A stretch of DNA of 64,000 nt from Dehalococcoidia bacterium (GCA_041649635.1 JBAZMV010000001.1:426164-490163); one strand, 5' to 3'; shown: positions 51,463 through 61,082, counted from the first letter of the stretch. The notes: generated from the letters alone by a model not told the origin. Made by a program: numbers and translations.

Positions 51463-52062
51463 CTACCGCCCCGCCTTCGCCAGCCACTTCGTTGAGTTAT
51501 CGAAACTTACGGCGGCCTCGTTGAAATCGGCCATCCCCTCGTTCAGGCAGGTGCTGTCGCCGGTCTCAACCCACCTGATATAGGAGCGGCAACCATCCAT
51601 GTAGGACTCTATACCCTTTAGCACGCTCTTCCTGGATTCCTTATACTCTTCTCTCGATGGCTCCGGTATCTCCTCCATAGCCTGGAGCAGTATAGGAAGG
51701 CGTCTGCTCGCTTCATTCAAGGCATCCAGCATCTCCGAGTCGCCGCCGCCCGCGGCCTTGCTCACCCTGCTCATGACGGGTGCGGCCTGGCTCCGTATAC
51801 ATTCGAAAGTGGCCAGCCACTGCACATCGGATGGCATCCCGTCCATCATCTTCTTCAGCCTGGCGCTGTCCTTCTCCGACACTACGTTCCGTGATTCCGT
51901 TTTTCCCTTGCACTCGGGATAACGAACGCAGACATGAAACTCCCTGCCGGCATTCGCGCCTTTTTTAGCCGTACGCAGAGTTGTCGCGGCTCCGCACAGC
52001 GGGCATTTGACCTCATCCTTCATCGAATATCCTCGCACGTCTTGGATAGCCTTTGTAATCAT
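51463..52062 (-). CDS. Hypothetical protein with N-terminal topoisomerase-type C4 zinc ribbon
   Basis: CPLCGA...GREFHVCVRYPECKG resembles zf-C4_Topoisom. The C-terminal ~130 aa are helical with no known motif. Confidence 0.55.
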   Translation of the reverse strand: MITKAIQDVRGYSMKDEVKCPLCGAATTLRTAKKGANAGREFHVCVRYPECKGKTESRNVVSEKDSARLKKMMDGMPSDVQWLATFECIRSQAAPVMSRVSKAAGGGDSEMLDALNEASRRLPILLQAMEEIPEPSREEYKESRKSVLKGIESYMDGCRSYIRWVETGDSTCLNEGMADFNEAAVSFDNSTKWLAKAGR

Positions 52063-52377
52063 AATATCATTTGGCCCGACAGAGCAACTGCAAGTTCGGA
52101 GACCGACGAAAAAGAGGTGCCCCGATATATCGGGGCCGGGGGAACCGGGGATGTACCGTAGGGGCGCCGCTTGCTGCGCCCTTCTTGTCGGGCAGGGCTT
52201 GCCCTGCCCCTACCCGATGACCAACGTATGGGGGATACAGGGGGTTGATTGGGACTTTTTCAGCAGTCTGGTTCGGCGATATGCCTGCACCGTATTGGAA
52301 TAATCGCTATTCCCGGCATCTCGATACAGGATTCAATATCACTCCTCCGCCGAATATGAGATGGTATAATAGTCTCT

Positions 52378-52563
52378 ATGCAAATAGGCGATATCGTAAT
52401 AATAGGAAACGAACGGCGCTATGCCTACAAGGTCATGGCGATAGTCGACACAGGATTTGGCACGATAGTCAAATACAAAGCGGAAGACCCTACTGTCAGG
52501 CCGCAAGAAATCACGCGGGAGCTGCCTGCCAAGAAAAAACCAAAGAAGAAAAAGGGTAAATGA
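52378..52563 (+). CDS. Small basic protein (61 aa), probably leaderless mRNA
   Basis: Extended -10 TGgTATAAT at 52362-70, 7 nt before the ATG. Beta-strand-like DIVIIG..YKVMAIVD core with a KKKPKKKKGK tail. Confidence 0.35.
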   Translation: MQIGDIVIIGNERRYAYKVMAIVDTGFGTIVKYKAEDPTVRPQEITRELPAKKKPKKKKGK

Positions 52564-52612
52564 GAAAAATATTCCGAGGACTACGCAAACAGGCAAGCTG
52601 CCAAGAATATGC

Positions 52613-53338
52613 TTAATCCAGCAACTCGAAGCTATTCAGCATAGCATTGAAGGTACTTTCCATAGTATCCCAGCATTCGGGTTCACAGGAAAATGTGATC
52701 AGCCAACCTGTATCCCCTTTAACCAGCACGCACTGCAGCATCTGACTAGTAGCCCCCCCAATAACAACCGTATATATCATCTGCTTGGCTGGCATGCCAT
52801 CTATTGTTATCTCCTCTTCAGAGAGAATGTCATAATCTCCAAAGGCTTCCAGACCGATTTTGCTAGCCTCATAGAAAGTCTGCAAACTCAAGCCGCTTGC
52901 GTCCATTTCTGCCACGATAACCATAGCGCCGCTGCCCGAACACGCCGAAATAGAATAATAGGCAGTCCCTTCTTCTACCAATCCAGCCGGAGTCTCCTCC
53001 CAACCTTCAGGGAGAGTTATAGAAAAGCCTTTCTCCGACATCGAGGACATTCCTGTTTCTACAAAAAAGGCAGTAACTGACTTGTCTGAATTCATTGTTA
53101 TCGTAACCAGACCGTTATCCCCGCTTGCCGCTCCTTCCCAATGGTCGAACTCCCAACCCGACGCCGGTTTGGCCAGCAAAATACATGATTTACCCTCCAG
53201 ATAATCCCCGCTAACAGGCATGACGCTGCCCTGGCCATTAACGGAAGTAGATAAATGATATGTAGGCGTAGCACAAGCGATAGATGATAACAGCAATGTA
53301 CTCAGTAATAACACTCCACCGATTTTAACCAATCTCAT
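52613..53338 (-). CDS. Hypothetical lipoprotein (241 aa)
   Basis: Signal peptide with LSSIAC lipobox. Confidence 0.6.
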   Translation of the reverse strand: MRLVKIGGVLLLSTLLLSSIACATPTYHLSTSVNGQGSVMPVSGDYLEGKSCILLAKPASGWEFDHWEGAASGDNGLVTITMNSDKSVTAFFVETGMSSMSEKGFSITLPEGWEETPAGLVEEGTAYYSISACSGSGAMVIVAEMDASGLSLQTFYEASKIGLEAFGDYDILSEEEITIDGMPAKQMIYTVVIGGATSQMLQCVLVKGDTGWLITFSCEPECWDTMESTFNAMLNSFELLD

Positions 53339-53504
53339 GCTACCCTCCTACTGAAAACCCATTTCGGGTTAAATACCGACTAATAAGATAGTAACACTTT
53401 AATGTAGTAAGAAACTAGTGTCAAGCACAAATGAGTCTATTGAGCCTAGCAGGTTAACATAGATAATAGAAGTAAGATTTAGAGATGATTAGCTGCAAAA
53501 ACGT

Positions 53505-53580
<76 letters not shown>

Positions 53581-53584
53581 ATAT

Positions 53585-53613
53585 TTCAAAGTTAAAGGCG
53601 GGGTATCCCCGCC
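53585..53613 (-). terminator. Possible intrinsic terminator downstream of the tautomerase gene
   Basis: Minus-strand GGCGGGG-AUAC-CCCGCC hairpin followed by UUUAACUUU. Confidence 0.35.
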
Positions 53614-53769
53614 GCTTGGCACCGAGATGCTATTTTATAACATATCAGGACGATTGAGCAAGTATTACAGCTAGCGCCGCTGGCAGGGTCGACAATATTG
53701 GTCAACCCCCTGCACCTCCCCAAAATCTCAGCCACCATGTAGGGGCAATTCATGAATTGCCCCTACACA

Positions 53770-53955
53770 TCACGCATCGGAAGCGAGCTTGCCGCCGATA
53801 GCCCAGTTCTCTTTGGCCACGTCCTCAAATACGACTGTAGTGGCCTCCGGCGGCGACTTGACGATTTTCACGATCGCATCCGTTATCGCCTTGGCCAACT
53901 CCGCCTTCTGCTTCCGGGTCCTGCCGGGCCACATCTCAACTCTAACGATTGGCAT
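53770..53955 (-). CDS. 4-oxalocrotonate tautomerase family protein
   Basis: MPIVRVEMWPGRTRKQKAELAKAITDAI, the N-terminal Pro-1 tautomerase fold. 61 aa from the ATG at 53955. Confidence 0.75.
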   Translation of the reverse strand: MPIVRVEMWPGRTRKQKAELAKAITDAIVKIVKSPPEATTVVFEDVAKENWAIGGKLASDA

Positions 53956-54021
53956 TTCACAACCTCCTGTTGCTAACATCGCATTGACATAGTATAGTAA
54001 AATCACTCTGAGTTGAATATT

Positions 54022-54180
54022 ATGAACTTCTGGGACAAGCTGAAATTAAAATTCAAGAAGGCCGCAGGCCGTAACATTTTCCTTTGCGACAGCTGCAAAT
54101 GGGACTGGCGCAGCACATGTCACCGCCCCGAGCGCCCCAACGCCGTGAAATGCCCCGACTACGAGAAGCGCGGCACGTAA
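54022..54180 (+). CDS. Small Cys4 zinc-ribbon protein (52 aa), absent from the ORF track
   Basis: MNFWDKLKLKFKKAAGRNIFLCDSCKWDW...CHRP...VKCPDYEKRGT. CxxC...C...C spacing. Sits between divergent genes. Confidence 0.3.
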   Translation: MNFWDKLKLKFKKAAGRNIFLCDSCKWDWRSTCHRPERPNAVKCPDYEKRGT

Positions 54181-54903
54181 TCACAGGCCGTCGCTCAATC
54201 TCAGCGACAGGTACTCCGGCAGTCCGGCCTCCCTCATCTTCTCCTGCACCGCGGCTATATCGTAAGGTACGCGGTAGCTGTAGATAACCCGCTCGGCATC
54301 GTCATAGATAGCATAGCTTGCTCTGGGATCGCCGTCGCGGGGCTGGCCCACCCCGCCGGGGTTTACGATCATCCGCCCGCCCAGCTGCAACACCGGAAGC
54401 AGCGATTCCTTACGGCAAATCCCCTCGCAGTACGAAAAGACAGCCGGCACATGAGTGTGCCCTATAAGGCAATGCGCCGTGCCGACGCTTAGCAGGTTGT
54501 CCTCCGCGCTCACGACGGAGAAGATATATTCATAGAGGGGATCGAGCGGACTGCCATGCGCCAGGGTGAAATCGCCGCGGACTAATGTTAACGGAAGATT
54601 CTGCAAGTATTGCTTATCCGACTGATTCAACTGAATGGCCGTCCACTCGCAAGCCGCCGCCGCATCCGGATTGAAATCCGCAGTGTCTATCTTACCGGCG
54701 GCGGCCCAGTCATGGTTGCCCGCCACACAGATATGAGGATGCTCTCTGATAATATCCAGGCAGGTCGAGGGCTCGGGACCATAGCCGACCATGTCGCCCA
54801 GGCACCACAGTTCATCGACCCCTCCCCTTTCGTCGATGTCCCGCAGCACCGCCCGGAAGGCATCCAGATTGCCGTGAATATCGGCAAGTATCGCGTAACG
54901 CAT
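54181..54903 (-). CDS. Metallophosphoesterase (calcineurin-like, YfcE-like)
   Basis: ADIHGN, GDMVGYG and GNHD motifs. Confidence 0.85.
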   Translation of the reverse strand: MRYAILADIHGNLDAFRAVLRDIDERGGVDELWCLGDMVGYGPEPSTCLDIIREHPHICVAGNHDWAAAGKIDTADFNPDAAAACEWTAIQLNQSDKQYLQNLPLTLVRGDFTLAHGSPLDPLYEYIFSVVSAEDNLLSVGTAHCLIGHTHVPAVFSYCEGICRKESLLPVLQLGGRMIVNPGGVGQPRDGDPRASYAIYDDAERVIYSYRVPYDIAAVQEKMREAGLPEYLSLRLSDGL

Positions 54904-54969
54904 AGCAGGATTACTATAGCAAGTTTCAGCAACGTTCGCTAGATAACGGCTGGGAAAGCGGGTATAATC

Positions 54970-55968
54970 TTGATTATGAAAATATCGGAACTGGGTGAAT
55001 TTAAGCTCATCGAACTGATATCAAAGACCGTCGGGAAGACCGGCGGCGGGCGGCTGCTCATGGGCATCGGCGACGATGCGGCGTGCTGGAAGGCCAAAGG
55101 GCTGCAGATGGCAACGACGGACACCCTTATCGAGGGCGTACACTTCGATCTCCGGAACATCACCTGGACGGAGCTGGGCCGGAAGGCGATGGCGGTCAAC
55201 CTGAGCGATATCGCCGCCATGGGCGGGCGTCCCCTTTACGCTTTAATATCGATAGGCGTCCCCGCCGACACCGACGCGGAAAACGTTGTCGAACTTTACA
55301 GGGGCATGCTCGATCTCGCTAAGAAGTTCAAAGTGCGCATCGTCGGCGGCGACACCGTTGCTTCGCCGATGATAGCGATAACGATTACACTCATCGGCGA
55401 AACTAAAAACAAGACTAAGCCACTCAGGCGTTCCGCGGCAAAGCCCGGTGATATGATCGCGGTAACAGGCACCGTGGGCGCCTCCGCGGGCGGTCTGGCG
55501 ATGATACACAGGGGACTTTCTCTGGACAAGAAGGCCGCCGCGGCCTTGCTAGAGGCGCATATCAGACCCACGCCCCGACCCAGGGAGGGACTGATACTGG
55601 CGAAGAACGGCGTCAGGGCCGCGATAGACGTCAGCGACGGTCTGCTGGGCGACCTGGAAAAGCTATGCTTCGCCAGCGGTGTCGGCGCCAGGCTTAACAG
55701 CCACCGCATCCCGATCCATCCCGCTGTACTCAAGTCGTTCGGCAACGAGGCCCTTACCCTGGCCCTGACCGGCGGCGAGGATTACGAGCTGATATTCACC
55801 GCATCGCAGAAGATAATGGATAAGTGCAAACGCGATGTCCCCTGCGCGGTAACCGTGATCGGCAAGATAGTTAAAGGCAGGGGTGTGAAGGTCCTTGACG
55901 AAGACGGGAACGAGTTCTCCTGGGGTTATTCGGGGTGGGACCATTTCATGAAGGGAACGCGTTTGTGA
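54970..55968 (+). CDS. thiL: Thiamine-monophosphate kinase
   Basis: AIR synthase-related fold: LLMGIGDDAA, ATTDTLIEGVHF and GGEDYELIFT motifs. Confidence 0.85.
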   Translation: MIMKISELGEFKLIELISKTVGKTGGGRLLMGIGDDAACWKAKGLQMATTDTLIEGVHFDLRNITWTELGRKAMAVNLSDIAAMGGRPLYALISIGVPADTDAENVVELYRGMLDLAKKFKVRIVGGDTVASPMIAITITLIGETKNKTKPLRRSAAKPGDMIAVTGTVGASAGGLAMIHRGLSLDKKAAAALLEAHIRPTPRPREGLILAKNGVRAAIDVSDGLLGDLEKLCFASGVGARLNSHRIPIHPAVLKSFGNEALTLALTGGEDYELIFTASQKIMDKCKRDVPCAVTVIGKIVKGRGVKVLDEDGNEFSWGYSGWDHFMKGTRL

Positions 55969-56426
55969 AGTTCACCAGCCGCAGCCCGGAGGAAACGCAG
56001 CGCCTCGGCAGAGAACTGGGGCGCGCGGCGCGGTCCGGGGATGTGATATTGCTTGTCGGAAATCTTGGCGCGGGCAAGACCTGCCTTACTCAGGGCATCG
56101 CCTGGGGGCTGGATATCGACGGATACGCCAGGAGTCCTTCCTTCGTAGTAGTGAACGAATATAAAGGCCGACTACCGATGTACCACATCGACCTGTACAG
56201 GCTCGACAACATCGCTGAGATTGCCGACATCGGCCTGGACGATTACCTGTACGGACGAGGATTGTGCGTGGTGGAATGGGCCGATAAAGCCATCGACCTC
56301 CTGCCGCCGCAGAACCTGCTTATCGAAATCGATATGATTGGCGATAACGAGCGCAACCTCGCTCTAATGTCGCACGGGGAGCGTTACAAAGCAATGCTTG
56401 CCGATATCAAAAAGAGGTTCAGCTAG
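55965..56426 (+). CDS. tsaE: tRNA t6A37 biosynthesis ATPase TsaE (YjeE)
   Basis: LVGNLGAGKT P-loop. GTG at 55965 overlaps the thiL stop (GTGA). The ORF track's alternative ATG is at 55935. Confidence 0.8.
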   Translation: MKFTSRSPEETQRLGRELGRAARSGDVILLVGNLGAGKTCLTQGIAWGLDIDGYARSPSFVVVNEYKGRLPMYHIDLYRLDNIAEIADIGLDDYLYGRGLCVVEWADKAIDLLPPQNLLIEIDMIGDNERNLALMSHGERYKAMLADIKKRFS

Positions 56427-57121
56427 TGGAACTGGCGATAGACACCGCAACCGATACCGCCTCCGTAACCGTATCGCGCGAAGGCAGGCCGATAGCTGAG
56501 ATAAGCTGGCTCGCGGGCCAGAACCATACGGTCAACCTGATGCCTAACGCATTGCGCTTATTCGAGCTCATAGGCGAAGAATTAAATAAGATCGACGCGG
56601 TATTTATATCGCTGGGGCCGGGCAGCTACAACGGCCTTCGCGCCGGGCTCAGCGCGGCCAAGGGATTGGCGCTGTCGCTCGACATTAAGCTCGTCGGTAT
56701 CGGCACGCTGGAGATCGAGGCTTATCCCCACGCCGACACCGGCCTGCCGGTATGCGTGATACAGAACGCCGGGCGCGGCGAGATAGCCTCGGCCGCATTT
56801 CGTACAGGCGACGACGGATGGCAAAAAACGGTCGATGAAAATATAACGACCCTCGATGCGCTGTGCAAAACCATCGGCGAGAAAACGATTATATGCGGAC
56901 AATTTTTCGCATTCCCCAAGAATCAACCGGACCCGGCGGACTTCATAGCCGAACGCCTCGGCGAGCTGGCCGTTATACGCGAAACCAATTTGCGACGCGC
57001 CGGATTCCTTGCCGAACTGGGCTGGAAACGATTGGAACGCGGCGGGGTCGATGACATAGCAACACTGCAACCTTTATACTTGAGACGACCGTCTATAACT
57101 AAACCGAGAGAGAAAAAATGA
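56426..57121 (+). CDS. tsaB: tRNA t6A37 biosynthesis protein TsaB (YeaZ)
   Basis: ELAIDTATDTASV and ISLGPGSYNGLRAGLSAAKGLA motifs. GTG start overlaps the tsaE stop. Confidence 0.85.
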   Translation: MELAIDTATDTASVTVSREGRPIAEISWLAGQNHTVNLMPNALRLFELIGEELNKIDAVFISLGPGSYNGLRAGLSAAKGLALSLDIKLVGIGTLEIEAYPHADTGLPVCVIQNAGRGEIASAAFRTGDDGWQKTVDENITTLDALCKTIGEKTIICGQFFAFPKNQPDPADFIAERLGELAVIRETNLRRAGFLAELGWKRLERGGVDDIATLQPLYLRRPSITKPREKK

Positions 57122-57546
57122 GCATCTGGAAAAAGGCTTCTCCGCAAGACCTCAAGGAGCTTCCGCTGTGTTTTGCCTGCGGCAAGGATAACGCCATCGG
57201 GCTGCGCTTGAAGTTCCGTCAGGAAGGAGATAAAGCGGTGGCGGAATTCCAACCGAACGGGATGCATCAGGGCTGGCCCCAGGTCATGCACGGCGGTCTT
57301 ACATGCACCTTGCTGGATGAAGCGATAGGCTACGCGGTGACATACAGCGGATTCTATGTAGTGACCGCCAAACTGGAAGTACACTACAGGAAACCGGCCC
57401 CTGTGGACCGGCGGCTGCTCATCAGCGCATGGGTCAAATCCCACAGCAAGCGCACCGTTGAAGGCTCGGGCGAAATAAGGCTGGAGGACGGCACGCTCAT
57501 CGCCGAGGGAACTGCAACGATGCATATTATCTACAATACAGATTAA
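57118..57546 (+). CDS. PaaI-like hotdog-fold thioesterase (paralog 1)
   Basis: PLCFACGKDNAIGL and HGG..CTLLDEA motifs. ATGA overlap with tsaB. Confidence 0.75.
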   Translation: MSIWKKASPQDLKELPLCFACGKDNAIGLRLKFRQEGDKAVAEFQPNGMHQGWPQVMHGGLTCTLLDEAIGYAVTYSGFYVVTAKLEVHYRKPAPVDRRLLISAWVKSHSKRTVEGSGEIRLEDGTLIAEGTATMHIIYNTD

Positions 57547-57614
57547 AACGTGTCCAGTTAGAAGAGTATATCGCATATTCGATCGGCGACAACACAACCG
57601 AGGGAGAGAAGAAG

Positions 57615-58037
57615 ATGAGTATCTGGGAAGAAATCGCGGCGCAGGATGTTAAGGAGACTCCGTTATGCTTCGCCTGCGGCAAGGATAATCCCTTTGGACT
57701 GAAACTCAAGTTCCACAACGAGGACGGCAAGGCGATAGCGGAGTTCGTGCCGGGCAAGAACTACCAGGGATGGCCAAACGTGGCGCACGCCGGCATCACG
57801 TGCACTATGCTCGATGAAGCGATAGGCTACGCCGCGCACTACGAAGGAATATATATTGTGACGACCAAGCTGAATATGAGGCTGATCAAGCCCACCATGA
57901 TAGGCCGGAAGTTCATTATATGCGGCGAAGCCAGACGGGTAAACGAAAAGAAAGCGGAAGGTTACAGCACTATTAAGATGGAGGACGGCACGCTGATAGC
58001 GGATGCCAAGGCCGAGATGCATATCATCATGACATGA
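57615..58037 (+). CDS. PaaI-like hotdog-fold thioesterase (paralog 2)
   Basis: ~55% identical to paralog 1. Own SD gagggagag. Confidence 0.75.
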   Translation: MSIWEEIAAQDVKETPLCFACGKDNPFGLKLKFHNEDGKAIAEFVPGKNYQGWPNVAHAGITCTMLDEAIGYAAHYEGIYIVTTKLNMRLIKPTMIGRKFIICGEARRVNEKKAEGYSTIKMEDGTLIADAKAEMHIIMT

Positions 58038-58039
58038 TT

Positions 58040-58635
58040 AGAGCACGAACTCCCCCTAACCCTCTCTTTAATAAAGAGGGGGAAGTCCTTCCATGGAAGG
58101 ACAGGGGTGTCTCGTATTCCGTAGGGGCATCCTTCCATATGCCTTAATGTCATGGAAGGATTGTGCCTGCCCTCTGTGGGCGACCACGAGGGTCGCCCCT
58201 ACGCGATGACCAACGTATCGGGGATTCAAGGGGTTGAATATCGACTAGATTGCCGCGTCGTCCTTCCATATACCGTGATATCATGAAAGGACTCCTCGCA
58301 ATGACAGGCAGTAACAGGGGAGTATAGAGGGATCGCCCTCTGACGGGGTTTTAGGGGTGTCCCCTATCTTTTTTAACGTCCCCCAAGATTGGGGGACAAC
58401 AGGGGGTTGATTCCAACGAGATTCTTCATCCTTCCAGAGAATCTTATTATGGAAGGATTCAGAATGACAGGTTAAAATTAAAAGAGGTACAGGAGAAATT
58501 CTCCTGATGGGGGAACTGGGGGTGTCCCCCAGATTTATTAATGTCCCCCAACGTATGGGGGACTACTAGGGGGTTCGGTTATCGTTTCCCCCTTCAAGGG
58601 GGACCGCAGGGGGTCCCAACTAAACTAGAGGCGAC
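58040..58635. repeat. Mosaic repeat block (H,J,C-like,B,F,A,B,J,A',B,B')
   Basis: Separates thioesterase paralogs 2 and 3. Confidence 0.85.
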
Positions 58636-58637
58636 AA

Positions 58638-59063
58638 ATGACAAAACAGCAAAAACGCTCATTAAAAGACTTCGAAAACTTCACAAACTGCTGGGGCTGC
58701 GGCGTGGACAATCCCATCGGCCTCAGGCTCAAATTCAAACGTGACGGCGACGTTGCCAGGGCCGAGTTCACGCCCGGCGAGGACCACCAGGGCTGGCCCG
58801 GCTACATCCACGGCGGCATCATCAGCGGCCTGCTCGACGAGGCCGTGGCCTATCCCGCCTACTACAGCGGCTACTACTGCGTCACGGCCAAGATGGAGAC
58901 CCGCTTCAAGAAATCCGCCGCCCCCAGCCAGCGCCTTATGATTACCGCCCGTACCACCGGGGTGCGGGATAAGACGCTTGAAGCCGAAGCCGAGATAAAG
59001 CTTGACGACGGAACGCTCATAGCGCATGCTAAAGCGACGATGTTCATAATGGAGAAAGCATAG
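58638..59063 (+). CDS. PaaI-like hotdog-fold thioesterase (paralog 3)
   Basis: NCWGCGVDNPIGL and HGGIISGLLDEA motifs. Higher GC codon usage than paralogs 1 and 2. Confidence 0.75.
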   Translation: MTKQQKRSLKDFENFTNCWGCGVDNPIGLRLKFKRDGDVARAEFTPGEDHQGWPGYIHGGIISGLLDEAVAYPAYYSGYYCVTAKMETRFKKSAAPSQRLMITARTTGVRDKTLEAEAEIKLDDGTLIAHAKATMFIMEKA

Positions 59064-59074
59064 AGAGGAACAAG

Positions 59075-59509
59075 ATGATTCAACGCACTTTGATATTATG
59101 TAAACCTGATGCCATCGAGCGCAGGCTCGGGGGAGAGATACTCGCCCGACTGGAAAAGGCCGGGCTCAAGATCGTGGCCATGAAGATGCTGTGGATGGAC
59201 GAAGCGCTGGCAAAGCGACATTATGCCGTCCATGCGGATAAGCCCTTCTTTAACGACCTGCTTAAATTCATAACATCCGACCCGATAATCGCCGCCGTCT
59301 TCGAGGGCGAGAACGCCATAGAGGTGGCGCGCAACACTATGGGCAAGACCGATCCGGCCAAGGCCGACAAAGGAACGATCAGAGCCGACCTGGGAGAGAG
59401 CATCGAGCGCAACATGGTCCACGGCTCCGATTCGCCGGAGAATGCCGAGATAGAGATAAAGAACTTCTTCAAGCCCGAGGAGATTCTAAAATATACTACT
59501 CGATCCTGA
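59075..59509 (+). CDS. ndk: Nucleoside diphosphate kinase
   Basis: ERTLILCKPDAIER-like N-terminus and NMVHGSDS active-site His motif. Confidence 0.9.
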   Translation: MIQRTLILCKPDAIERRLGGEILARLEKAGLKIVAMKMLWMDEALAKRHYAVHADKPFFNDLLKFITSDPIIAAVFEGENAIEVARNTMGKTDPAKADKGTIRADLGESIERNMVHGSDSPENAEIEIKNFFKPEEILKYTTRS

Positions 59510-59804
59510 CCAGGGATTTGGCCTTGGACCAGAGCTTGTCCAGCTTGTAGTATTTCCGCTCATCGGCGCCGAAGATGTGGACGATAACGTCGCCGTAGTC
59601 CATGAGCAGCCAGCCGGATTCGACATCGCCTTCTTTATGCTTCAGTTTGGGCCCTTTTTTATGAAACGTTTTGTCGATCTCCTCGGCTATGGCCGACGTC
59701 TGGCGCTGGGAGGCCCCGCTGCATATCACAAAGTAATCGGCGAACGAGCACAACTCCCGCACATCCAGCAGAACGATATCCTCCGCCTGCTTGTCCGAGG
59801 CCAC
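59496..59804 (-). CDS. rsfS: Ribosomal silencing factor RsfS (Iojap); true start probably the CTG at 59840
   Basis: DIVLLDV..CSFADYFVICSG and GDVIVHIF...YKLDKLW motifs. The track's GTG start (59804) truncates helix 1. An in-frame CTG at 59838-40 follows a stop directly and is preceded by AAGGAG with a 7-nt spacer. Confidence 0.8.
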   Translation of the reverse strand: MASDKQAEDIVLLDVRELCSFADYFVICSGASQRQTSAIAEEIDKTFHKKGPKLKHKEGDVESGWLLMDYGDVIVHIFGADERKYYKLDKLWSKAKSLVRIE

Positions 59805-59844
59805 CTCAACTATCTTGCGTGCTGTCTTTTCGCCGTTCAGTTAT

Positions 59845-60095
59845 AGACTCCTTATAAATCGATACTCCAATTATAGCATGTCCTCAACGACCGTCATTGC
59901 GAGCGAAGCGAAGCAATCTCCTATTGCGCCGTGTCACAAAACGACGAGATTGCCACGTCGTCCTTCTGCACACCTCAACCAGAAGAAGGGCTCCTCGCAA
60001 TGACAATAAAAGTTACTACACAAACAACGACAGTTGCTTCCCTTATCCGGTTTTGTTAGACTTCCCCAAAGCCCATATTTTCGCGCCGACGGCCG
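59845..60095. repeat. Repeat block (F-family long hairpin)
   Basis: gtcattgcgagcgaagcgaagcaatctc...gagattgccacgtcgtccttc...ctcctcgcaatgaca. Accounts for the spurious N-terminal 68 codons of ORF 59897. Confidence 0.75.
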
Positions 60096-60100
60096 AAAAG

Positions 60101-60757
60101 ATGAAAACGAAACCTAGCGGCTCAAACCATCGCCCCAGCTTCGCCGAAGAGCAGGCGCTGGTAAAGTGCGGATGTCGCCTCATCGCCGGCATCGACGAGG
60201 TGGGGCGCGGCCCGCTGGCGGGGCCGGTCATGGCCGCCGCCGTCATACTGCCCCTCGGCCTGGATACCGAATGGCTGCACCTGATCAACGACAGCAAGCA
60301 GCTCACGGCAGAGACCCGCGAGCAACTCTTACCTCTGATTCTCGAATCCGCTATAGCCGTCGGCATCGGAGAGATGTCATCGGAGGCCATCGACGAATAC
60401 GGCATTGTCAGAGCTACTAAGATGGCTATGAAAAAGGCGATCGCAAATCTCGATACCAAGCCCGACGCTCTGCTCATCGACTTCGTGCGGCTCACCGAAG
60501 TCAACCTGCCCCAGCGCTGCATCCCCAAGGGCGACTGCATATCGTTGTCGATAGCGTGCGCCTCCATAATCGCCAAGGTCACGCGCGACCGCCTTATGGT
60601 CGAGTTCGACAAAACCTATCCCGGCTACGGCTTCGCCGAGCACAAAGGCTACGCGACCAAGGAACATCTGGAGAGCATCGGTCGGCTGGGCGCCTGCCCC
60701 ATTCACAGGATGTGTTTCTCGCCGTTCAGGCCGGAGATGGATTTAGGAAAGATTTGA
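60101..60757 (+). CDS. rnhB: Ribonuclease HII
   Basis: IAGIDEVGRGPLAGPV and DSKQLT motifs. ATG at 60101. Confidence 0.85.
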   Translation: MKTKPSGSNHRPSFAEEQALVKCGCRLIAGIDEVGRGPLAGPVMAAAVILPLGLDTEWLHLINDSKQLTAETREQLLPLILESAIAVGIGEMSSEAIDEYGIVRATKMAMKKAIANLDTKPDALLIDFVRLTEVNLPQRCIPKGDCISLSIACASIIAKVTRDRLMVEFDKTYPGYGFAEHKGYATKEHLESIGRLGACPIHRMCFSPFRPEMDLGKI

Positions 60758-60759
60758 TC

Positions 60760-61080
60760 GACGATTGTTTTCGATGTAGGGGCGCAGTCTTCGCGCCCTT
60801 TGTTTTGGGCATCTTTCCATATACCAGAATATCATGGAAGGACCTGCCCCAACACGATCGTTTCCAAATGTAGGGGCACAGCATGCTGTGCCCCTACGGA
60901 ATACATCATCGACCGACGACGTAGGAGCGAATAGCCATTCGTCCTCCATGGATTCCGGTTTTCACCGGAATGACGGTTACAGAGAGAGGTGCCCCGATAA
61001 ATCGGGGCCGGGGTTTTAGGGGTGTCCCCTATCTTTATTAAAAATCCCCCAAGATTGGGGGACATAGGGGGTGGTGACTA
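60760..61080. repeat. Repeat block (J,C',E,A',A,B)
   Basis: Modules as defined in the summary. Confidence 0.8.
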
Positions 61081-61082
61081 CC

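Noticed and set aside
53984-54021. Sigma70 promoter for the 52-aa zinc-ribbon ORF (TTGACA at 53984)
   Set aside because: No acceptable -10 hexamer at 16-19 nt spacing. Only AT-rich sequence is present.
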